A stretch of DNA of 64,000 nt from IMG/VR virus record IMGVR_UViG_3300033146_007472; one strand, written 5' to 3'. The notes below the pieces were generated by a model. That model made no database searches. It worked only from the letters and a program-made list of their open reading frames with translations, and had not been told where the DNA came from. Positions 29,510-39,943 of the stretch are shown in pieces. The first letter of the stretch is position 1; each line of letters starts with the position of its first letter. Position numbers and translations under genes: made by a program. The DNA comes from a virus. Its lineage: Duplodnaviria; Heunggongvirae; Uroviricota; Caudoviricetes.

Positions 29510-29866
29510 TTAACCTGGCTCAAAAACATAATCATCTAAACAAAAAACAATTTCAGCTTTTAGAAGTCGTTCAAAATACCCACGCCAAAAAACTTCGATT
29601 TTCCAGATTTTTCCAGCATCAGTAAAAAGTTCAATTGAATTCTGTTCATAATCTAGATCCTGTGCCGGTGGATCAGGAAACCACGTCGGTCGTGGTAAAG
29701 GCTCTCGGCTATGAAGTCTATCATAATACTGAAAATGTTCCTTGATACGTTTCAAATTCTGCAAAGCAATTTGTTCTTGACTCCAGATTAGTTCGAGAGA
29801 GTCCATAGTTGCTTCAGTATGCAGCGAATGGCCAGTTATATAATGGATATTAATTTGATATTTCAT
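29510..29866 (-). CDS. hypothetical protein, translationally coupled to 651-aa protein
   Basis: start overlaps stop of upstream gene (ATGA). Confidence 0.4.
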   Translation of the reverse strand: MKYQINIHYITGHSLHTEATMDSLELIWSQEQIALQNLKRIKEHFQYYDRLHSREPLPRPTWFPDPPAQDLDYEQNSIELFTDAGKIWKIEVFWRGYFERLLKAEIVFCLDDYVFEPG

Positions 29867-29868
29867 AT

Positions 29869-31824
29869 TTAATCCTCACGTAAACGCAGATGGCCAGCAT
29901 GGTAGTCTTCCGCGGCCAATAACAATGGTGCCCATTGCAGATATTGTGTTCTAGTTCTTGGATCATTAAAGAACTGTTTAAAATCACCAAGCTTGTAAGC
30001 ATCTACATTGAATAACTCTGCAACTGGAATGCGAATTGCAGCCGGCGCGTAGCCGTTGTCGCGAATTTTACACCGCTCCCATTTAAAAGTTGCCATTCTT
30101 ACACGTTTCTGAAAATTAGCAATCCGAGCAAGCGCGCCGGGTCCAGGATTGCCGTCCGGACGGAATGTTGTATGCCTATAATGGTTCTCGCGTTGTCGCC
30201 AGTCAGCATCAATGCGTTTATTTTCTCTTTCAGCTTCAGCATGTAGCCAAAATATCTGCTGACCAGTTACGACACTTCCAACTTCAAGTACAGAGTTACA
30301 TTTCGCACGGTAAGCTTGGAAATCTGGTTTTTCGCCACCGTAGAGCGTATTTGCACCATCATAAACAAGCTCAATAGCTTGACGGAAACCTTCAGCCGTC
30401 CATGTTTTAGCTGGAGGATGCGGATGTAGTGCATCTGAGCGATCAAGTAAGCCTTGAATAACGACTGCAACACGGTTATATTTCTTAATATTCTGAGCTA
30501 CGTCATTCAGGCATTCATCAAAATATACATTGCTAGGATCAAATGGCTGCCAAGAATCCGGCCGAAATGAAAATGAATTTCGAAAAGGATTATGAAACAT
30601 ATGCTCACCTGGGTTCTGCTTTTCCCATTCTTCGGTTTTAAGCTTATTTGACTTGAAGCGTTTTACCCGTTCATCATAATCATGAACAGAAATCATTTCA
30701 TCAACACGATCCATTCGCATTTTGACCATTTTAGCTTCGAGTGGATCATACATTGATTGATCCGGAAAAATCATTTCCTCAAAATCAATTTCACAAGTAA
30801 CTCTAGAAATTTTTTCGCCGTTTCGAATATATAAAAACGTATATTTATCCGCAATACCGAGCTGAAAATTAACAAAAGATTCATAAGAATCACGTGATGG
30901 GCCACGGTTCTTAGTATATCGTCGAACACGCATTGCAACTAATGTTTTTGGAAATGGCAGAATACGCTTGCAATTTTCAGGTTTTGCAAGCCATTCATCA
31001 AATTCCAGAATGTTTTTAAATTCCATACCACCGGCGTCATAATTCGCTAGACACTCTTCATCCATATAAAGTCTTCGTTGCATAACATGTAATTTGTCGG
31101 TAATCTTTGCTGGCTTGCCGTCTAAACATGTAACGATATCTTCAGAAAGACCGGCATATAAGCTGACATTAAAAATACGATCCGTAACTTCGCTAAGCGC
31201 ACTCTCCATCGGTAGAATTTTTGCTTTCATTGTCATCGTAGTTGCAAGCATCCAGCGACAGACATTCTCATTTGTCTCTTTAAGCTTCTTAAATAGCACA
31301 GGTAGAGTTGTTTTTTTCGCTAGAATCAAAGCATCTTTATAAACATTGATATCATCTTGATTAGATACTACAGCTAGTGCTGTTGAATTTTCAGTAGTCT
31401 CGGCAGGCTGTGTTCCAGCTATGAATTTAGTCGGATCAAGACCGAGTCGCATACTAAGCTGACGTACTTCCTCTAATAGGTTAGCGGATTCTTGTTGATG
31501 ATGGAGAATTTGAGCTGAAATAACCTGCTCATGATTCGGCTCAAAGCGACAAGTACTCTCAAGATCGTCAAAATGCACTCGCGTATAGCTATAACCACAT
31601 GTATTACTATGCGGTGAATGAAATTCTACAAAATTTGAGCCAATCTTCATTACGCAGCCTAGCCATTCATCGGCTGCGGCGAAGTCTGCTCGAGCAATAT
31701 TAACCTTATGAGCATCTTCTTCAGTAATCCAGAACCATTGTCCTAGTTCTAGAGTATCTTCGTTGTTCGGAAGTTTCGAAAGATTTTCTTCTGCTTTGAT
31801 AAGGTTTGCCATAGAGAACTCCAA
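29869..31824 (-). CDS. large hypothetical protein (651 aa)
   Basis: long uninterrupted ORF; no recognisable NTPase or nuclease motifs. Confidence 0.55.
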   Translation of the reverse strand: MEFSMANLIKAEENLSKLPNNEDTLELGQWFWITEEDAHKVNIARADFAAADEWLGCVMKIGSNFVEFHSPHSNTCGYSYTRVHFDDLESTCRFEPNHEQVISAQILHHQQESANLLEEVRQLSMRLGLDPTKFIAGTQPAETTENSTALAVVSNQDDINVYKDALILAKKTTLPVLFKKLKETNENVCRWMLATTMTMKAKILPMESALSEVTDRIFNVSLYAGLSEDIVTCLDGKPAKITDKLHVMQRRLYMDEECLANYDAGGMEFKNILEFDEWLAKPENCKRILPFPKTLVAMRVRRYTKNRGPSRDSYESFVNFQLGIADKYTFLYIRNGEKISRVTCEIDFEEMIFPDQSMYDPLEAKMVKMRMDRVDEMISVHDYDERVKRFKSNKLKTEEWEKQNPGEHMFHNPFRNSFSFRPDSWQPFDPSNVYFDECLNDVAQNIKKYNRVAVVIQGLLDRSDALHPHPPAKTWTAEGFRQAIELVYDGANTLYGGEKPDFQAYRAKCNSVLEVGSVVTGQQIFWLHAEAERENKRIDADWRQRENHYRHTTFRPDGNPGPGALARIANFQKRVRMATFKWERCKIRDNGYAPAAIRIPVAELFNVDAYKLGDFKQFFNDPRTRTQYLQWAPLLLAAEDYHAGHLRLRED

Positions 31825-32677
31825 GATTTAAGATATATTTTATAGCCGCTAGACAAAAGATACGGAAACGGTTACTAGGCTTGTGTACTACAAACTAATA
31901 AATTGTGGGAGGTAATATAAAAGACTCTGGGTAGCTAAAGCTTAGTCGTAATTGATGCTTCAGCCGACAGCATTTTAAGACATTCAGCTAATTTTGGTAC
32001 ACCAGAAGAATTATATTTTAAAATATCATTAAATAACATGCAATACGGCGTACCGCCGTCATTATCAAAATACTGGCATATTTCAGAATCAAGACCGTTC
32101 CAGCAATGATTTGCAGCTGGTACTACGACAGTATGCAAAACTTTGATCATTTAGAAACTCCAGACTCTTTTGAAATTTTATGCGTTTCACGTAGTTTAAG
32201 AAGCTTATTCACAAATATCATAGGAGTACCAATAACACAGATTGCTGCGCTACAAGCTATAGCTGCGCTACGAATTATTACAGACTGACGCTTTGGTGAC
32301 ATTGGAAATCGTGATGGAAGTGGCATATTAAAACTCCGTAAGAGATAAAAAGTACCGTTACAAAAAACTCATTAGCTTTTAGCAGTTTCAAGTAACTTAT
32401 TTACAGCATCAGCAAGTTTTTGAAATTCATCCGCACCGTATCCGGTAATCGTCGAATACTACGCTCCGCTCCCAGCTACTAAGACTAAAAACGCTTCGAC
32501 ATTGTAAGTTCGTAGCCGAGGAGCTTCAGTTTCAGTTTTGGCATTAAATTGTTCTTCTCGAAGTTCTACCATATCTTTGAACGCTTGCTAAATTTCAGCT
32601 GAGTCGGTGTTTGATTTAGTAGTCATAAACTTCTCCAAACAGTTATAGCTAGCGTAAAGCTATTGCAGTATATGCGC

Positions 32678-33355
32678 TTAGCTAACAATACCTCGATGAA
32701 CGTTATCATAAGCCCGTTCGACAACTTGACAGCCGGGATTGAGTAGCAGTTGATGTTCTAGTTCAAGACGAGTAATAGCGTCTTTTTCGGCTTGAATTAA
32801 GTAATCGCGATCTAATCGCTTAAAATAGGCCTGTAATACAATACTTGATGCATATGCACATGGAAGAGCATGCGTAAACTTTGATAAGCTGAATAGCCGC
32901 ATAAAATTTTGTCTCAGTTTTAGATACTGTGAAATTAGTAACTGATACCCGAATAAACTAATGCCGAAATATATTAAGACAAAGCTTCCAAACTGCAAAT
33001 TAACTTGCAGTAAGGTGACCGCCACGATGACGTGTAAAACTGTGATAATACCGAGCATAATATATAAATCAGGTTTAAAAAATAGTTTAGCGTGGCTTGT
33101 TTCAGCTATAAGGTCTAAAAATTCAAAGACTATTAATAGGTAACTAAGCAGAATGAGCCCTACAGCAAGAAACATTATGTTCTGAACGCTGTTCGAAAGT
33201 GTCGGTAAAATGACCGTGAAAGTAATAATTAGATGAAGACTTAGCGCTAGTATAGCATAGACCTGCAAAAAATTAGCGTACCGCTTAAGCTCGGCAGTAG
33301 TTTCGGCAATCTCGGCTTTAGATGGCGGTAGTCCGTATAGTTCTATTTTAAGCAT
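32678..33355 (-). CDS. multi-TM membrane protein, paralog family 2
   Basis: MLKIELYGLPPSKAEIAETTAELKRY then 4+ TM helices. Confidence 0.45.
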   Translation of the reverse strand: MLKIELYGLPPSKAEIAETTAELKRYANFLQVYAILALSLHLIITFTVILPTLSNSVQNIMFLAVGLILLSYLLIVFEFLDLIAETSHAKLFFKPDLYIMLGIITVLHVIVAVTLLQVNLQFGSFVLIYFGISLFGYQLLISQYLKLRQNFMRLFSLSKFTHALPCAYASSIVLQAYFKRLDRDYLIQAEKDAITRLELEHQLLLNPGCQVVERAYDNVHRGIVS

Positions 33356-33366
33356 TAAAACTCCGT

Positions 33367-33660
33367 CTAATATTTTGCGCCATGCGAATTATGCCGAAGC
33401 TGAGTATCGATATCTTCACGAGATTTCAGATCCAAAGACTCGCTATGCCCGAAACATGCTCCAGATTTATCCACAAAGCCAGCGGAAACTACATCCGCGA
33501 CACCAAATTCACGTGTCCAATTTCCGAACAGATCATGTACTTGAATACGTTTTATAATTTCCGCGAAATTTTTATGTGATATTTTCGAATGATTTGGAAA
33601 TTGAAAAAAGAATTCTTCATTTTCGTGTTGAAGAACTATGTATTTCATTGCTGCAAACAT
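33367..33660 (-). CDS. hypothetical protein
   Basis: ORF track. Confidence 0.35.
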   Translation of the reverse strand: MFAAMKYIVLQHENEEFFFQFPNHSKISHKNFAEIIKRIQVHDLFGNWTREFGVADVVSAGFVDKSGACFGHSESLDLKSREDIDTQLRHNSHGAKY

Positions 33661-33715
33661 TATACGCCTCCGTATTAGGTACTGAATAAGTTAGAAAACT
33701 GTAGTTGAGTGTTAG

Positions 33716-34132
33716 TTATATTCTGCAAGCCGTCGCTTTACGCAGATAGGTTCGACGCTCACTCAGATTTTTCCAGTCTTGAGATGGTTTTCCGAGAAGC
33801 CGAAGTATTATACCACGTAAAAATGCATAAATAACATGGTTTGAAAAGAGCGCTAATTCAATGAAAATAAAACCTGGAATGAAACGAAAAGCAACGTAGA
33901 GAAGTAGTTTGATATTCGTATTCCAACGCGAATTACGCCATTCATAATATTGACTGAAACTCGATGGCAAATTTCTAACAAATACGGTTGTTGGACGTTT
34001 CTCAAAACCGTTATAGTAGAGCTGAATACATACACTTGATAACATAACACGAATTAAAGCTAAGAAACATGCGATTATACCGTATGCAATATACTCATGA
34101 ATAAGTGAAGAAATGAAAAGATCAAGGACCAT
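33716..34132 (-). CDS. membrane protein
   Basis: track ORF begins at GTG 34165; ATG 34132 has GGAGG SD; 3 TM helices. Confidence 0.4.
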   Translation of the reverse strand: MVLDLFISSLIHEYIAYGIIACFLALIRVMLSSVCIQLYYNGFEKRPTTVFVRNLPSSFSQYYEWRNSRWNTNIKLLLYVAFRFIPGFIFIELALFSNHVIYAFLRGIILRLLGKPSQDWKNLSERRTYLRKATACRI

Positions 34133-34189
34133 AATAGCCTCCGTTTTGCAGATAAAAAATGACACGGTATTTGAAATGCTGATAGACAG

Positions 34190-34207
34190 AAGCCGAGCTT
34201 ACGCTCC
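34190..34207 (-). promoter_or_regulatory. conserved upstream motif GATAGACAGAAGCCGAGC
   Basis: 58-75 nt upstream of ATG 34132. Confidence 0.45.
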
Positions 34208-34348
34208 GCGGTTTTTTAAGCTATTTAACTAATTAGTTAAGTATTTAATGCCGGGTTTTTCTTGCTTCCCGATACTTAGAGGCTAAGAACCTGTTACGCA
34301 CATGTTCCGTGAACTAAAGATGTTTCTAACATTCAAGGTAACAAATTT

Positions 34349-34843
34349 ATGGAAATTCGTGTACTCTTGATTATTAAGAATGCAAAACTTTCGCGAGTTG
34401 AAAACTCGGACGGTAGTATTCTAGAAACGAAATCGGCGTTACAAAGTTATCGTATTCCAGGAACAGTTGATTTTGATACTAAGGATCTTGCATCTTGGAT
34501 AGCAAATCATATTCATGTTACGTTAGATGGTACATTGACGTCGCCGGAACTATTTAAAACCGTTCGTTTCGCCGGTTCATCTGGACCAACTAAACTTCAA
34601 ACAGCTGAACAGCTGACAATAGCCGAAACATGGGTCTACTTAGATATTACGTCAGAAACTGAAAATCTTACGATTGAAAACTTAGTAGACCTTAATAATC
34701 TGATCTATATTTCGGCTAATTTCGAAGATAGTATAGCTGAATTCTGCGGTTATGAATGTCACGGCGTAGAGATTTGTGATGAAGAGCCAGATAATTTGAG
34801 TACTGAAGCTATTGTTTGGTACCGTGAAGAATACCTCGGTTAA
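34349..34843 (+). CDS. hypothetical acidic protein
   Basis: ORF track. Confidence 0.45.
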   Translation: MEIRVLLIIKNAKLSRVENSDGSILETKSALQSYRIPGTVDFDTKDLASWIANHIHVTLDGTLTSPELFKTVRFAGSSGPTKLQTAEQLTIAETWVYLDITSETENLTIENLVDLNNLIYISANFEDSIAEFCGYECHGVEICDEEPDNLSTEAIVWYREEYLG

Positions 34844-34970
34844 TGAAACCTGCCAATTAGAACTCAGCAGCGGAAAAATTATTTTTGTTTTCAACATAGT
34901 TGATAAACTTCAAGAGAACTAAAAATCTCGGCGCATATTTTATGACTTATAGCATCTAAAGGAAGCATTA

Positions 34971-35627
34971 GTGATGGAAGATCTGCAGCACGACGAAATG
35001 TTCGCAAACCATCTAAGTACAAATGAAGTCATCGGGTTATTAGAAGATATCAATGCTCCGTGCGCAAATACTAAATTAGCACAGCGAGCAAGCGTAGCAC
35101 GGCTTAAATATCTGTATGCTCAAACTGAAATATTCAACACACGACTATCTAAACTGTCACAAGAAATATTGAAGCTTGTACCAGACTCTGAAGAGAATGA
35201 GCTTGTTTTTCGAGCTATGAAACAAATTTTGTCCGAAGTTGATGAAGAACAAGTTACCGAGCTCTTCTATGTACAAGATAGTCGTGAAGTTATTGGAAAT
35301 GCTTTATTATTCTGGAGCAAAGGCGGCGGATATACAACTGACCTTCGTGAAGCGGACTTAATGACAGAAAAACAAGCTTTTGAGTTGAATAAATTTCGCT
35401 CAACCGACCTTCCATGGCCAAGTGCGTATCTTAATTCAAAAGCACGGCCATCTGTAGATTGTCAAACTGTATGCATTGAAGACGCACTTTCCGATATTAA
35501 ACGAGATCTTGCCGCAGAATATAAACCGTCATATATACCGAGTCGTTGTGGCCATTGTGGTAAATTTGTACCTGAAATTGAAGCATACTCAACCTGCACG
35601 CATTGCGGAGGCCGCAATCATCGCTAG
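34971..35627 (+). CDS. hypothetical protein with C-terminal zinc ribbon
   Basis: CGHCGKF..(12)..CTHCGG. Confidence 0.45.
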   Translation: MMEDLQHDEMFANHLSTNEVIGLLEDINAPCANTKLAQRASVARLKYLYAQTEIFNTRLSKLSQEILKLVPDSEENELVFRAMKQILSEVDEEQVTELFYVQDSREVIGNALLFWSKGGGYTTDLREADLMTEKQAFELNKFRSTDLPWPSAYLNSKARPSVDCQTVCIEDALSDIKRDLAAEYKPSYIPSRCGHCGKFVPEIEAYSTCTHCGGRNHR

Positions 35628-35740
35628 CAAAAGAACTTATTATCTAGAGAATTAAAAATTTGTAGGGGGGTGTATAACCTATAAGACTCCAGCGTCTATC
35701 TTTAAATCTGTAGTAAAATTAGTATTATTCCTATTCCGAA

Positions 35741-36304
35741 TTGAGCAACATGACTAAAGCTGAAGAATTCTATGAAGAGCTACATTTTGCAAGCGTAGAA
35801 AATGATCTTCAATGGTTCAAGACTGCGGATCGCGTAAAACTCGCTGAAACTCTTGATTACTATATTTTCGAGAACTTAAGAAAAGCAGAGACTGCCGAGC
35901 ATTTTGAGACCTTTAAAATGCTATACTCTGAATATGCGGCTGCGTCGAATGTCGTTCGTGATCAAGTCGGAATATTTGCCGAAGCACTCGAAACCGAGTC
36001 ACTCGAGCTATTTCAGCATTTATGTACATTTGAAACACAGCCGAAGGTAATTGCGTTTCTTTTAGATAAGGTCTTAGACGAAAGTCTTTTTGAAGCATTG
36101 AAGTTTTTAGTTGAAAAAACTTCATTTACTATCGATCTTGCAAGCTGTGCTGATCATCTAGAAATGTCTCGTTATCTTCCGCGAACTCCATTATTAGACT
36201 ATTTAGCCGACCTTGGCGCAATAACATCATGTATCACTCTAGAAATGTACCGCGAGTCTTTGAACACGCTGGCAAGAAATAAATCAAAAACACGAGCGGT
36301 CTAG
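35741..36304 (+). CDS. hypothetical helical protein
   Basis: ORF track. Confidence 0.45.
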   Translation: MSNMTKAEEFYEELHFASVENDLQWFKTADRVKLAETLDYYIFENLRKAETAEHFETFKMLYSEYAAASNVVRDQVGIFAEALETESLELFQHLCTFETQPKVIAFLLDKVLDESLFEALKFLVEKTSFTIDLASCADHLEMSRYLPRTPLLDYLADLGAITSCITLEMYRESLNTLARNKSKTRAV

Positions 36305-36469
36305 AGTCGGTAGCCTCGGCTCTATTTAGCGACAGCAATAGGATTTAGTTTAAAAGGTTTTTAAAGTTCGTAAGAGATGACCTGAAGTATTTAGTAGTCT
36401 GCTAGGCGTACTACACTAACTTAAAGAACTGTCGGGCCGACTGGCCCGACAAGTATAATTTAGCACTAG

Positions 36470-36862
36470 CTAATTTTTAGACTCAGCTTCAAGTTCTGCA
36501 GAAGTTGGAGGCTCTTCAAAAAGTGGTTTCGGTTTTTTCTTGCGAAGTGGTTTTTTTCCGTTAGTAACTTGGTTAAGTGCCGAATGGTAATCTAAGCAGT
36601 CTGCAACGGTATACATAATAAATGACGGATACGCTTGAAGTGCTTTGCCATTCTTAAACTGCGTTACTATGATTGGTCGTGGTTCAAGCAATACACCCAT
36701 CTCACAAGAAAGGTCATTAGGTAAGCTATAATCTGCGTTAGGATAGACTTCAGTCGGCAGATTTAGTTTCTCATAATATTCTTTCGTGACTTTGTGCCAA
36801 GGTGGTAATTTATCCCAAGATACCTTTTTTAGCTTCGTGGATTTTTTAGTTGCTTTAGCCAT
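36470..36862 (-). CDS. hypothetical protein with K-rich termini
   Basis: ORF track; hairpin terminator 36430..36451 downstream. Confidence 0.4.
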   Translation of the reverse strand: MAKATKKSTKLKKVSWDKLPPWHKVTKEYYEKLNLPTEVYPNADYSLPNDLSCEMGVLLEPRPIIVTQFKNGKALQAYPSFIMYTVADCLDYHSALNQVTNGKKPLRKKKPKPLFEEPPTSAELEAESKN

Positions 36863-36877
36863 TCTTGTTTCCTCCGG

Positions 36878-37156
36878 TTAAGAGCGTCCAGAACAATAAG
36901 TGTTCGTCATTACGTTCTTGATAACCGAAAGCAGTTCCGACATGATTTGGCTCTCTGAATTTTGTCCATATTGCTTAGAAACTTGTTGTAAACGCTGCAA
37001 ACAAAGCTCATCCAGCTCAATCGGCTCATCTGTCGCAGCAATTGCGTTTTTGAAATCTTGGTCATTTAGAATATTTATATCTGGCAAAATAAACCTCTCT
37101 AGAATCATTTTAGTTTCGGAAAACAAATGTATGGGCTGAGTATTAATATTTTCCAT
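36878..37156 (-). CDS. hypothetical protein
   Basis: ORF track; coupled to 36470 gene. Confidence 0.35.
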   Translation of the reverse strand: MENINTQPIHLFSETKMILERFILPDINILNDQDFKNAIAATDEPIELDELCLQRLQQVSKQYGQNSESQIMSELLSVIKNVMTNTYCSGRS

Positions 37157-37470
37157 ACTTCATATGCTGAAAATTTAGTACTGTTTATAAAGGCTTGACA
37201 GTCACGTGCAAGTTGTATTATGTTTCCTTTAGGAACATGTTTTTAGATACTCGACAGCTCATGCAGTAAATCGATTACTCCGGCAGCGAAGTCTAGGCGT
37301 ATTGGAATGCTAAAAAAGACTTTGAGGTCTCGAAGTATAATTTAGTATGTAGCGTAGGCATTGAAGTTTCCAAACTATAGCATAGAAAACTGACGTCTAT
37401 TATGGCTACTTCATATAATAGGTAAACAGTATATCAGCGTAGTTTTAATTTAAGAACAGGAAATATTCTC

Positions 37471-38748
37471 ATGACTAAGACTTTAGCCGAGGTAATAGAA
37501 ACAGTTGTAAGCGGAACATGTAGCGAAATTGTCGCTCACGAACTCGGATATTATGGTGTACTCTCAATTGACTTTCAGACTTTTATGTTAATAACAGATA
37601 CATCCAAAATTGAGCTTGGTACAGAATTTCAAGTTCTCGTTGATGAAACTTTCGGAATTTCAGCTGGAATAGCTACAGTTATTTCTGAATCTAATGATTC
37701 ATTACAGTTACATATACGCTTTAATGCTGAGCATGCACATTGTACAAAAACATCACAGGTGTTAGTTACCTTACCGCAAACCACACTTAGCTCAAATAAA
37801 CAGCTCAGCGTATATCATACGTTGCTTCCATATTCGGATGAGATTCCGTTGATTCTCGGCTTAGTTACTGCAGCACCTGCTGAAACATTACGGTTGTTAA
37901 GTAAGCATGTCGAAGAAAACTTTAAGTCTGATCAGCGAGAACTTTCGACTTCGCGGCTCAATCGACTACAAGATCGAGCGATTCATGCCTTAGAACGACG
38001 CAATCTTCACGGAGTAGACCCGGATTTATCAGTGTATATTAATGAAGCTAAGAGTTTGAAAAACCAAACTGAATTACCGGCCTTTCTACAGAAACTTATT
38101 CAGCATCAGCATGAGGCTAAAAAAGTTCTCGAAATCTTTGAACAACTCGAAGTAGAAGTCTTAGAACGCGTGTTAACTTATCTACGCTACGAGGTTACTG
38201 AAGATTCTATAGTCTGTCATGTAGATTTGTCACATCCGATGATTCAAAAAATTTCGGAAGTCTTAGCTAAAGAATTGACAACCTCAACTATTGAAGAAAC
38301 ATTGGCGTATGCGAAACGGTTCCTCATTCTACGACCAGAACTTGAATTAAGTTTTAACCCATTCTTCGAATCAATTAACGCTTACGGACCAAATCGTGCG
38401 ACAGAACTTTTACGACATACAGCCTATACCTCAATGAAAACTACCGTACTTTCAGCGAATGTTGATGGCCGGCAGCTTGGTTTTTGTTCAAATTTGCCAA
38501 AGATTTTGAAGCGTCCAGAAATCTTTTATGATGAAATCAGTACTGCTGAAATACTTATGACTACTGCAGAAGACCGTCGTAAATTTGAAGAGGCTCGTGA
38601 TGCTGCATTACTTCGCTTCGTAGAATTTGATGATAGGCTAGAATTAGTTCAAGCACATCTTGCATTGTCACAAAATGTCGAGGATGCTTTTCGTGATACT
38701 GCTGAACTCCGCTTAAGAAAAGAAACTAAATTCGGAAAGCGTATTTAG
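37471..38748 (+). CDS. hypothetical protein (425 aa)
   Basis: ORF track. Confidence 0.5.
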   Translation: MTKTLAEVIETVVSGTCSEIVAHELGYYGVLSIDFQTFMLITDTSKIELGTEFQVLVDETFGISAGIATVISESNDSLQLHIRFNAEHAHCTKTSQVLVTLPQTTLSSNKQLSVYHTLLPYSDEIPLILGLVTAAPAETLRLLSKHVEENFKSDQRELSTSRLNRLQDRAIHALERRNLHGVDPDLSVYINEAKSLKNQTELPAFLQKLIQHQHEAKKVLEIFEQLEVEVLERVLTYLRYEVTEDSIVCHVDLSHPMIQKISEVLAKELTTSTIEETLAYAKRFLILRPELELSFNPFFESINAYGPNRATELLRHTAYTSMKTTVLSANVDGRQLGFCSNLPKILKRPEIFYDEISTAEILMTTAEDRRKFEEARDAALLRFVEFDDRLELVQAHLALSQNVEDAFRDTAELRLRKETKFGKRI

Positions 38749-38870
38749 AAATCAGACTTATCAGCATTATAAAAGCTGATGGCTTCAACTATGACGCGTG
38801 TGGCTAACGCGTTGGTATCGAAAGCTAAAGCTGAGTTATCTTTCTAAGATTTTAAAAAATTGTGGGAGGG

Positions 38871-39272
38871 TTACGAGGTCTGTTGAAAGAACATCTTAAT
38901 AATAGCGGCTGACGTTGCTAGAATGACTGCAAAACTGCAACAAGCTACTCCGATAAGCAGAAAAAATCCGCTAAGAATATAAAAAGTCTCTGAAGTGTGA
39001 GTTGACACGTACCCGGTCATGACCCCAGACAAAGTAAACCCGAAGAGTATTGGAGGTATAACAACAGCACGTAAAGCTTCCGCTCCACGCTCTCGGAAGT
39101 ATAGGTAGGCAAAACCAACTGCTCCAGGAAATAGAGCTATAGCACCGAGAATTGTTTGAATAAGAAAGTCATCGAAAAGCAGAATACTTAAAAGCTGCAA
39201 AACACATGACACAAAAATCATAATAAAGCCAAGACGGTATCCGACGTGCTTATGAGGCGTGTTATCTGTCAT
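38871..39272 (-). CDS. multi-TM membrane protein
   Basis: start set at ATG 39272, overlapping upstream stop by 11 nt; 4 TM helices. Confidence 0.4.
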   Translation of the reverse strand: MTDNTPHKHVGYRLGFIMIFVSCVLQLLSILLFDDFLIQTILGAIALFPGAVGFAYLYFRERGAEALRAVVIPPILFGFTLSGVMTGYVSTHTSETFYILSGFFLLIGVACCSFAVILATSAAIIKMFFQQTS

Positions 39273-39921
39273 TAGGCTCTTCGATATTGAAAATTTGACC
39301 GTCTGTATACTCTTGAGAAATCTCGTTAAGTTGAAAATCATCTTCAATTGAAGACTCTTCAGCTTCAACGGGCAGCGGTGTTGAGCCTTCAATGCGACTA
39401 AGCATTGTCAAGTATTCTGCATAAGTTAATATTCGTGGTTCAGACAAGACATGCTGTAAGTATTTAGCGCAGATAGGAACAACTTTAGCATCTTGATAAA
39501 GTCTAATTAGCTTTGTTGAGGCTCGCGGTAAAAAATTAAGAGACTCGCGTTGTTTATCGAGTACCTCGAATTCTCCTTGTGCATAAATTTCATAAGCTAA
39601 TATTGCTAAAGCAAAAATGATATACAAAAGTGTTGCTGGTATAGAGTGCAATTTAACAATCATCAATAATCCGCAGCTGAAACCGGTAACAGCAAAGAGC
39701 ATCGAATAGGAAGTCAGTGTAATCATTACGATTAAAATTATGAGAATTTGTAGGATTACAAAACCCGGAAGATATTGCCAAGCAAGAGCCGAAATAGCCA
39801 GTAAAAATACCGCATGACCAAATATCGATGAAGCACGTAGCTTAGTCTTCGCACGTAGAAACGCTTGACGTTGCTTTGTGAGTTCTTGTTTTGTCGGAGG
39901 AAAACTTGAAAGATCAACCAT
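39262..39921 (-). CDS. multi-TM membrane protein, paralog family 2
   Basis: N-terminus MVDLSSFPPTKQELTKQRQAFLRAK then TM helices. Confidence 0.45.
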   Translation of the reverse strand: MVDLSSFPPTKQELTKQRQAFLRAKTKLRASSIFGHAVFLLAISALAWQYLPGFVILQILIILIVMITLTSYSMLFAVTGFSCGLLMIVKLHSIPATLLYIIFALAILAYEIYAQGEFEVLDKQRESLNFLPRASTKLIRLYQDAKVVPICAKYLQHVLSEPRILTYAEYLTMLSRIEGSTPLPVEAEESSIEDDFQLNEISQEYTDGQIFNIEEPNDR

Positions 39922-39943
39922 CTGCCTGCCTTGTTTTATATGC

